DNA of 18,219 bases, taken from the NCBI GenBank assembly GCA_964304625.1, contig OZ199841.1, forward strand, positions 1 through 18,219. Direction: 5' to 3'. The DNA is from Kudoa neothunni (lineage: Eukaryota; Animalia; Cnidaria). Below are positions 9,816 through 18,219 of the stretch, in pieces (position 1 is the stretch's first letter; the number at the start of each line of letters is the position of its first letter). The notes under the pieces were generated by a model, which was not told the DNA's origin, ran no database searches, and worked only from the letters and a program-made list of their open reading frames with translations. Made by a program: the position numbers and the translations under genes.

Positions 9816-11675
9816 GCTGTCCGGTCGGACAACGGATTTTTCCCTTAAAAATAGGACAGGATTTACGATGGTTTCTAGGACACTCAGAAAACCATCTACA
9901 AGTCGATCAAAAGTCACTTTTAGATGGAGTTTCTGGCTATAACCTCAGAAAAAGGAGTTTAAAATGTAAACATTTTGAAAACTCACTTTCTGAGGTTTAG
10001 CGAAACCTCGGAAAATAACCAAGGATTTCCGTCATAGGAAAAAGTGATCGACTGCGTTGAGATCGAGGAAATACTCGGATCTCATAGGTGTACACCTTAG
10101 GAGTTTCGAGTTTCCATCGACGTTGTCGGCATACGACCAGTACAAAGAGAACGACCTAGGCTGATGGCCTTATGGCCTATCAGATGAGGCGTAGCCGATA
10201 GGGACGCAGCCTAATGGCAAGCTGGCAAGAGGCGCCACCAGAGCGGCTGAAGGGCCTCTGTCAATGTCGAGACAGGTTCGACGCTGACATCATGGTGACA
10301 GCTGTTGGTGAGCGAATAGTTGAACCAAGAGCTCCGACCCTAAGAGTCTCTATGGATGAAAATCCGTCAGAAAGGACTGTTATATGGACCTCGGATTGGG
10401 ATTCCAAATAGGGACGAGTAGGGATATTGGAAGGGGGTTCATCCCTAGGAGACCTTGTAACGGGCAGCCCTCCTGAATGGTCTATTCCTGAATAGGAACG
10501 ACAGCCCGAAACGAAGTTAGGGTATGATCTGGTTCACAAGGAGGTTACACGCCGACTGTTTCCGGGCTCGGCCCTCGGAGAGAGCGACCAGGGGGGGTTC
10601 CAATAAGGAAACTTCATTAAGCTTTCTCGTTCGGTAGGGAACTTGGAGTCTCCGGACGGTGAGCGAAGTTGGAGGTCACCTTGTTTTGACTAGAGGATAG
10701 GAACGAAGTTCGCCTGAAGTAGAATGTCCATTCTCCCCATGTGAGGTGACTCCGTGTGGCACGAGTGTTGCCGAAGTGCACCGTTGTCCTTTTACCGGGA
10801 CGGAAAGGCAGGCCATCAAGTCTGTTTGTGACGATGGACTGGCTCACAGCTTACGGGACTCCTAAACGATCAGAGATCGCCAGATCCGGAACATGTGACG
10901 TCCTCAATTAATACTCAACTCCCCCACATTACGACGATAGGATGTGAGGTAGTTTTGTTCCAATCCTAGTATTAATTGGGGGTCCGACTATTGTGCCTTA
11001 AGCGAGAGAGATTGTTCAACAATTACTTGGAGGATGAGACGGCGTATAGTCTCCCCGGGTGAAGAAAGGACGTCCCACTCTATGAGTCACCACAGTTTGG
11101 AAAGGCCGACCCGGCCGGTTTACAAAGTGCGGGCCTGCTGTTTATTGCAGCACGTTCATAGGGTAGTCGTGGCTAACCCTAGAGGGTCCGTTGGAGACCC
11201 TACTTTTAAAGGCCAAAGGGTGCGATCGTCACCGAGGATTCAACATTCTAGCGAGTCCTCCATGCCTAAAGTTCATGTCCTGTGGACCTTCCTTTAGGCA
11301 AACTTTTGCCAGACTGCCAGAGGCAAGCGTCCCAGATCCTATAGGGCACGTCACCTTCCTTAGGCCGTGTTATAAGGCCGGCAGGGAGGCAGTGACCTTC
11401 CAAGGCACCTGCTAGTACGGAACCAGGTTGAGTCAGGGGAAAGGCGCTAAGGAAACGCAGTAGGCGTGGATTTGGAATATGACCATGTACCATGGACTGT
11501 TGCAGCCAAATCCCGAGCTCATCGCGATGCAAGAAGCTCTGGTAATGTATCTGAATCGCGTATCGTGACTGGAGACTTAGGAGAGGATCGGGTGTGGCAG
11601 CGGTATTCCCTGCTCCGACCCATGCGAAAACAGTATGGCCTAACAACCGGTGAGGGTTGGGGAGGTTTTTCAGGA
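9816..11675. repeat. Left copy of a long diverged inverted repeat (partner 14529-16382)
   Basis: Collinear reverse-complement blocks include 9818-9831/16367-16380, ~10017-10190/~15975-16153, 10427-10668/15506-15748, 10927-10956/15235-15264, 11513-11564/14643-14694 and 11659-11675/14529-14545. Confidence 0.92.
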
Positions 11676-12232
11676 AACCCGATAGCCATGATGGAAGCCC
11701 ATACGTGTTAGGAGCGCGTTTTCTAGCGACTCACTTGTGTGCCCCGTACATGCTGGTGCCCAATGTCGGCCCACCGCCGAGGAGGTGCAGGACAAGGGGA
11801 CCTGCACCATGCCCAACTCCGCCTGGGCTGGTGTGGGACGAAATAGGACTGTGCGCATGCAGTACGCCACGAACAGGCGTTAGGATTCCTCCTCACTTGG
11901 GATCCTATCCCAGTTCGTCAAGCGGACGAAGAGCAGACAAACTTTCATTAAAATCCCCGTAGATATAAAATATCTAGGCGCATTTTATGTAATGTTTGTC
12001 GGGGAAGTTCGACAGGAGTTAACCACACGACCATCCTGGTCTGGGCATGGCAAGAGTCAGGCCCCACCGTAGGTACAGCCGGACTCGCAGTCTAAGCCAA
12101 CGTCTTAGACAGAGTCTAATCCTTTTGACCTAGAGTCTGCTTATCCTGGCTTAGATGCAGGACAATAAAGTCCTGTCCCTCTCCAGGGGGGACAGACTCT
12201 CCATCCAGGGCCCCCTTCGTCATGAGGATTTC

Positions 12233-12300
12233 AGCCAATAATTGGAGGAAAAATCCAGCGTAAGTCGCAGATTTCTTCGCTACGATTAAACTGGCTTTCC
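12233..12300. repeat. Inner inverted repeat, left arm (partner 14254-14320)
   Basis: AGCCAATAATTGGAGGAAAAATCCAGCGTAAGTCGCAGATTTCTTCGCTACGATTAAACTGGCTTTCC is the near-exact reverse complement of 14254-14320. Confidence 0.92.
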
Positions 12301-12405
12301 TCATCGAAAGAAGGGAGTCCTGTCCTGGAGCGCCGCAAGCAAGCGACCAAATCTCCAGACTCCTTGGACAAGAGTTTGGAGTAAGAGCCTCCGCTAGACA
12401 AAGCA

Positions 12406-12719
12406 AAGTCTAGCCTGGGGAAAGGTCAACAATCTAAGCACGACCTTTCCTCCCCCGGTGGAGTTGGAATCCACCTCCTGCTAAACTAGGCAGGACTTGT
12501 GAAGGGAGGCCGTCTACCAAAATAACCTTGGCCAATGAGACTGGATGCAATCCATCCGGAGATGACTCAGATGGTCAAGGCAGGGATGTCTACGTCCTGC
12601 TGGACACAATTAGCTAAGTCCAGCTTGGGGGAAGATCAATCATTTAAGCTAGATCTTCTCTCCCCCGGTGGAGTGGAAATCCACCTCTTTGCTGGCTAAG
12701 CAAGGATTTGTGTAGGGAG
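12406..12719 (+). ncRNA. Duplicated ~103-nt structured element (12406-12508, 12616-12719); candidate structured RNA or ssDNA motif
   Basis: The copies share CTCCCCCGGTGGAGT..AATCCACCTC and differ by paired changes (AGGTC/GACCT vs AGATC/GATCT; GCCT/AGGC vs GCTT/AAGC). G-U wobbles favour the plus strand. Confidence 0.6.
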
Positions 12720-12840
12720 ACAGACAGAACATGCCTGGAACATGGAGTCAAGATTCGTCCATCTTGCCTGGGGCTCCACGCCCTTACAGGGGTGGAAGAG
12801 CCGAGCCCATACCGGGCGAAGGGAGGTTGAGCTTTTCTCA

Positions 12841-13961
12841 ACCAGTGAAGGAAAAAAATAATATTTATTTTTCTTCTGAAAGGAAAAGAAAAAAATGATA
12901 TTTTATTTCTTCACGGAAGGGGAGAAAAAGAGACCCCATAAGGAAAAAAAAGTATAGTTTTTCTTATAGAAAAACAATACTATTTTCCTTATGGGCGATC
13001 GCATTTCTCCCCTAAGGGAAGGAAAAAATTTCATATTTTTCTTTGGCAAGGGTGGAGAAAAGTCAGACCAAGTTGGAGAGAAAGAAGGGAATTTTTCAAC
13101 CCAAGGAGGAATAAATTCTTCCTCTTCTCTTCCAACAAGGTCTGCTTTTTTCCCCCGCTAAGGAGAAAAAAATATATATATTTTTCTTCACAGGGGGAGA
13201 AAAACTAGACCAAGTAAAGAAAAAGTAGATCTTTTTCCCTATAAGGGAAAAGATCTAATTTTACTTTGTTTTATATTATGTAAATAATAGGGCTAAGAAT
13301 TTACATAAATATGTAAAGTAAAATAAATGATTCTTTTTCAAACTAAAATGGAGAAAAATTAATCATTTCTTTATATACTTGGTCTAGTTTTCTTCCCCCG
13401 AGGAAGAATAAAAAAATATTATTTATTTTTCTTTACTGGGGAAAAACTAAACCCTTTTCGGAAGAAAGAAAAAGGAAAGATTTTTTAATAAAACTTTCTC
13501 TTTTCTCTTACCGGAAAGGGTCTTAGTTTTCTCCCAAGAAGAAGAAAAAATATTATTATTTTTCTTCACGGGAGAGAAAAGTCTACAGACCAGAGAAGAA
13601 AAGAAAAAAGTAAATCTTTTTCCCTACAAGGGAAAAGATTTAATTTTACTTTGTTTTATATTATGTAAATAATAGGGCTAAGAATTTACATAAATATGTA
13701 AAGTAAAATAAATGATTCTTTTTCAAACTAAAATGGAGAAAAATTAATCATTTCTTTCCATTCTTCTATGGTCTGTAGACTTTTTCTCCCCAAGGAAGAA
13801 GAAAAAAAAATATATTTTTTTTCCATTCACTGGGGGAAAAAACTCTAGACCAGAGAAGGAAAGAAAAATTATCATTTTTTCTTTTCTCTTCTCATGGTCT
13901 AGAGCTTTTCTTCCCCCCAGGAAAGGAAAAAATATTATTATTTTTCTTTCCTTCTCTGGTC
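12841..13961. repeat. AT-rich array of six variable stem-loop modules alternating with a conserved ~30-nt hairpin repeat
   Basis: Repeat consensus GAAGAAAAAAATATTATTATTTTTCTTC. Modules bounded by GGGGAGAAAA...TTTTCTCCCC at 12919-13012, 13050-13156, 13193-13399, 13438-13535, 13570-13791 and 13832-13918. Confidence 0.9.
13221..13757. repeat. 152-bp near-identical direct repeat (13221-13372, 13606-13757) inside modules 3 and 5
   Basis: Direct comparison shows three differences, all in the first hairpin. Confidence 0.93.
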
Positions 13962-14253
13962 GAAAGTCTCGACCTACTTCGTCAAGAGACTCAGCTTCAC
14001 CTCCCCTTATCGGGTCGTATGCCGGGGCTGTAACTTCTTCTCCAGTACAAGATAAGGTCCCATAATTAACCCCTCCAAGGGAGAAGTATAAAAAGTAACT
14101 CTCCCAGATCATTCTTTTTATCTTCTGCCCTGGAAGGGCAGAATTAATGGACCCTTTCTTCTCCATGGAAGAAGGGCGCATAGCCCCTTTCCCCCTAGTC
14201 GAAAAGTATTTCTCCTGGGCCTTTTAACCTGGAGCTTAAGTTACCTATGACAA

Positions 14254-14320
14254 GGAGAGCCAGTTAAATCGTAGAAAGAAATCTGCGACTAACACTGGAT
14301 TTTTCCTCCAATTATTGGCT
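14254..14320. repeat. Inner inverted repeat, right arm (partner 12233-12300)
   Basis: Reverse complement of 12233-12300 with a few substitutions and one 1-nt indel. Confidence 0.92.
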
Positions 14321-14354
14321 TTTCTCCTTTGATAGGAAACTTTTCACAAAGGAT

Positions 14355-14387
14355 AAATAGCCCCACCTTCGGTGGGGTTATTTTTTT
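14355..14387 (+). terminator. Intrinsic-terminator-like hairpin with T tract
   Basis: AAATAGCCCCACC-TTC-GGTGGGGTTATTT running into TTTT. Function is inferred from shape only. Confidence 0.35.
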
Positions 14388-14528
14388 AGATGGCGGAACC
14401 TTGGTGCACGCACACTCCTCTAACAACAAGAGGTCATTACGTCTATGGCTCCTAGCTAGGCCTATCAACCTCCCCCTCTTCCAATCAGCCTCGAACCCTT
14501 CGTTTCCTCTAGCTTCAATACATCACGC

Positions 14529-16382
14529 TCCTGAAAAACCTCCCCGGGTTTCAGCCATCGACAGCCTATACTGCTTTCGTCACCGGGCATGGCGGGGCCT
14601 AACGCGTGCATCAACCGGGCCTCCATTCGTCCTACGCGTTGTGATACACGATTCAGATACATTATCAGAGCTTCTTGCATCGTGATGAGCTCGGAAAATA
14701 CCAGTAACGAGGCTACATGGCCATTTGCCATTGTGTATTTTCACGCCTACTGCACTGCACTCAAGGACGTCAGTGACTCAACATCCCTACGGTTCTGTCG
14801 CCATCCGGGAACTGGCCAAATCTCCTCACTACCGTTTCTAAAGAAAGCTCCATGATCCAATTAGGCCTACGTAATGGAGGGAACAGGAGATTCAGAAGTC
14901 AGTCTACTCAGGAAAAGATTGTTACACATTCGCACCGACACTTGACAAAGAGGATTGGACCCTAACGACCCTCTAGAGTTTTTCTATCTAAAACAGGTCC
15001 GGACCAAGGTTTTAGCTGGAGCTATCTACGGATACTCCACCAGCGTGACGCAATAAACAGCATCTCGTGTGAAAAACCGACCCAACAAGAGGTCTCTCAA
15101 GTTAGGCTCTTCCGGACGGAGAACGTCTCCTTACAAAAGGCTGAGTGGCGCCTCTCTGCGAAAAAGAGTTGAACTCTTATCTCGGTTTCCAGGTCAAGGC
15201 CACAACGGCATTTTCAAACTTTAAAATAAGGAGCAAAACTCCCTCACATCCTATCGTCGTAATGCCCGGACAAAGAAGCTTTCAAACACCTCATTCACCG
15301 GTCGCTTCTCTCCCTACGGACAACCTAACCCTCCGATATCCCCCTAAACTCTGGGGAGCTCATCACAAACAGATTCGGGGGGATTTTCTACGCTTTTGGG
15401 ATCCGTACAGGAACGCTTGAACAACGCTAACCGAAAGGAGTCCAATCTTGGGACATTGAGCCTGGCCACATAATCGCGTTATATTCAAAAGGGATCGCTC
15501 CTCAGCTTCGCTCACCTTCCGGAGAATCCAAGTTCCCTACCGAAAGTGAGAGCTTAATGAACCTTCCTCTTTGGAACCCCCCCTGGTCGCACTCTCCGAG
15601 GGCCGAGCCCGGAAACAGTCGGCGTGTAACCTCCTTGTGAACCGGATCATACCACTAACTTCGTTTCGGGCTAACGTTCCTATTCAGGAATAGATCTCTC
15701 AGGAGGGCTGCCCGTTACGCGGACTCCTAGGGATGAACCCCCTTCCAAACCCGCTCCTCGTTCTTTAGGCAGAAATCCCGATGTTCTCCTCAAACGATCA
15801 CATGACAGGGTTTTCTCCCTATCATCCTCCGAACGTCGGACGAAAGTGCTTTCTGACACTTTCCTAGCTCACCCTATGTCATCGCCGAACTTGTCTCGAC
15901 AGTCTTAACGCTCTTATGGGGCCGCTCAAGGACCCTCGAACGACTTCTTCTTCTACCTCCTATTCCAGTCGGCAAGCCTTATCTGATTAGGCCTTAAGGC
16001 CATCAGCCTAGCATAACGCTCATTTAGAGCTGGTCGTAAAACGACAACGTCGATGGAAACTCGTAACCCATAAGGTGTTCACCTATGATCTCCGAGGATT
16101 TCCTCGATCTCAACGCAGTCATTCGCTTTTCCTATGACGGAAAATCCTTGGTTGTTTTTGAATCCGTCAAGCCCTATTTTACAAACTGACATGAAAAAGT
16201 GTGTTTTTAGAGTTTTCATAAAAAAACTCATAAAAACCCCTCAATATGAGGAAAAGGACAGTTTTGTCAACAGGGACTTTATTAATTTTATAAAGAATTT
16301 AGAAAATTAACAAAAGTGTAGTTGACTACTCAAATAGTGTCCTACTTTTCTAAGCGTAAAGTTCGCTGTCCGACCGGACAAC
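14529..16382. repeat. Right copy of the long diverged inverted repeat (partner 9816-11675)
   Basis: Same blocks as the left copy, in reverse order and complemented. Confidence 0.92.
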
Positions 16383-16494
16383 CAGTGTTTTTAAGACTAC
16401 ATCTGGCTTAATAAAATAAGGAAAGCCATGAAGTCACGTTACCCACCCCACCACCCCTCATGCTATCGTACATTGTCACTTGTTCTTTTATTTG

Positions 16495-17091
16495 GCCCAG
16501 GGGGCCTAATTAACCAGTAGTGTGAAACGTCTCTAGGTTCCTCATTCTACTATGGCTAATTAGGCCCCCTGGGCAATAATTTGCCCAAGGGCCTTCAGTC
16601 CAGTATGCCATACAAAAGTGAAATGTTTGATGTTCACCCTTTGGGAGGCTAAGGAAGGTAAGGAGGCCGTCGGAAGGGCGTATTCTCATTACGAAGCCAC
16701 GCCCGGAGAAGGAATGTCCCTAGCCTGGTGGATGTGGAAGGATGACTAACAGACGCTCCATAAGGATCTTTGTTCGATCAGTAGGGAGAAGGTCCACCAT
16801 GACTGGTACAAATCTTAAAAGGATGGTCGTGTAACTTCTAGATGAGAGTTTTAATTTCCCCGTTGGAAATTAAAATTCACATCAAGATGTTCACCCATCA
16901 CCCCTACCGCGAGACTCCTAATTCCCCTTCACTCATCAGCTTATTCCGTCAATAGTAGCTTTGGTTACTATGGGAACTGGATCACAGGAAAGGAAAAAGG
17001 GATGAGAGTCCTATTGTTAGGAAGTCTCAAGGGAGCGTGGCAGAAACAAAGTTTCTGACACTTCGAGAGACTATTGGAACAATAGGATCTC
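16495..17091. repeat. Three long rod-like imperfect hairpins (16495-16574, 16822-16899, 17004-17091)
   Basis: GCCCAGGGGGCCTAATTA...TAATTAGGCCCCCTGGGC; TTTTAATTTCC-CCGTT-GGAAATTAAAA extended to GATGG/CCATC; TCCTATTGTT...CAGAAAC-AAA-GTTTCTG...AACAATAGGA. Confidence 0.85.
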
Positions 17092-17331
17092 GCTGGGGAC
17101 AAAAAAAACCTAATTAAATTGTTTTTTATGGCAAACTGGATGATGTTTTCTAACCTTTGGCTAGAGAAACGATTCAGTCCTGCTACGCTACTGTAGCACT
17201 GTCCATGGACGAACCAGGACTATCATGGAGTTCCCTCCATCACAGATGTAAGTAAAACGGCTAACTATTAGCCATTTAAGGCTAAATCAGTTTCCTCACT
17301 TGTTGAGAAAAGTGAAACAACATCATTTTTG

Positions 17332-18156
17332 TTAAATTGAAGACATTAAGAAACAAAATGTTACTATTTTCACAATGAAATGAACAAAATCTTGATGAGA
17401 AAAGTAACATCCATTCTGATGTCACACTGGACGGACTTTAGCCAAGATTAAATAGGAGAAAAGGATTAATCAAGGCCAAAGACACAAGTGGCAAGTTTGT
17501 CCAACCACTATCAGCCAATAATACTCCTGGAGGACTAAAGGACTGAAACTCATACCAGTCAGCATCAACAACTGACAAGGTTGAATAATCGCCTTTTGTT
17601 CTAAAATAACAAAGGCTATTCAGGGCAAGAAAGTCCAGACCAGAAGCACTATAAAGGCTTCAGCACAGGTGGAAAACGCTTCTAGGGCTAAAGCTCCAGA
17701 AGCCATCACAAACACTAAGCTTACAGCTGTGTTGTGCTGAAAAAGAAGTCTGCCCATTAAAGCCCAGTAAGACCAAACTGGCTGATATGTACCAGATCAC
17801 CAGATCTGCTGAGACGAAGTAAGAATCAGCAAAGAAGCATCAAAGCTAAGTCAGAAAGAAAGCTTTGAGGATCCTATAGCTGCCTCACTCCATCTACAGC
17901 AGATCCAAGATAGTGCCTTATGTCAATAAAGAATCCAGGAAAGACTTAAGGCACTATTGGAAATCATGGACAAAAGCAGCCATGGCCCATAAGACAAGAA
18001 AAGGGCCAGACTTCTTAAGGATCTGTACTTTAGCAGAAAAAGGAATAGGAGAACTTCTAGACAAAAGAGAAGGAGTCAAACGTCCCAAGAAAGGATAGCT
18101 AAAGCACAGATTGAAACCAAGCCCACCCTACTCCACCCTAATTGCTCTTCAGCCAA
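17332..18156 (-). CDS. 274-aa polytopic membrane ORF, possible nad4/nad2-type complex I subunit
   Basis: Only one minus frame is free of TAA/TAG over 825 nt; it has several TGA codons and is strongly hydrophobic. Weak antiporter-subunit motifs: WLLLFCLEV (TM Glu), YWHKALSWICCRW (Lys...Trp) and LMLTGMSFSPLVLQEY. TTG start inferred. Confidence 0.7.
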
Positions 18157-18219
18157 ATAAACTTATTTAGGAGTTTAAGACATGGACTTATGGAGCAGAA
18201 TTGAAATAGGAACTGCTGA

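Larger units (their letters stand above)
8834..17331. other. Large non-coding region (~8.5 kb), densely structured, putative control region
   Basis: Lies between the convergent 3' ends of cob (+) and ORF274 (-). No recognisable protein; filled with hairpins, inverted repeats and direct repeats. Confidence 0.75.

Noticed and set aside
10181-10201. Hammerhead-like string CAGATGA-GGC-GTA-GCC-GATA
   Set aside because: It has two mismatches to the invariant CUGANGA/GAAA core, and the paralogous position in the right arm (CAGATAAGGCTTGCCGACT) loses the pattern.
11513-11564. Apparent peptide conservation YAIQIHYQSFLHRDELG / YTIQIHYQSFLHRDELG between the two arms
   Set aside because: The right-arm frame is open for only ~34 codons (TAA at 14600 and 14705), and identity is near-complete at nucleotide level, so coding selection is not needed to explain it.
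12457-12685. Minus-strand 7-nt loops TTCCAAC and TTTCCAC resembling Trp(CCA) and Gly(TCC) anticodon loops
   Set aside because: There is no convincing acceptor/D/T arrangement, and the G-U pairs of the surrounding stems favour the plus strand. Worth only an automated MiTFi check.
12841-13961. CRISPR array interpretation of the repeat/variable-module alternation
   Set aside because: No cas genes, mitochondrial context, degenerate repeats, and the 'spacers' are 87-222 nt, self-complementary and related to one another.
13744-14181. 145-aa minus-strand track ORF
   Set aside because: It runs through low-complexity hairpin modules, giving K/F-rich repetitive translation with no protein signature.
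9816-16382. Long arms as an integrated mitovirus/plasmid polymerase, group I/II intron or second rRNA set
   Set aside because: No long code-4 ORF in the portions scanned, and no RdRp or polB motifs, domain V, P7 or rRNA universal motifs were recognised. This is not exhaustively excluded without a search.

Overview
The window looks like a complete, probably circular, extremely divergent animal mitochondrial genome using translation table 4. TGA reads as Trp and AGA as Arg at conserved sites, so the supplied standard-code ORF track splits the real genes. The minus strand carries nad1, a nad2/nad4-like ORF, a truncated nad5, cox2, two small membrane ORFs, cox1, a nad3-like ORF, an unassigned ORF, rns, rnl and (across the window end) a second nad2/nad4-like ORF. 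cob is alone on the plus strand. I found no tRNA, cox3 or clear atp gene. Code, divergence and gene content resemble myxozoan (Kudoa-type) cnidarian mtDNA; this is inference, not a database result. The most striking part is the ~8.5 kb non-coding region (8834-17331, ~47% of the window), which is almost entirely foldable and symmetrically organised. Two diverged, collinear ~1.85 kb elements in inverted orientation, plus an inner 68-bp inverted pair, surround a duplicated ~103-nt element with compensatory changes and a 1.1-kb array of six stem-loop modules separated by a conserved hairpin repeat. All translations, alignments and folds were done by eye.
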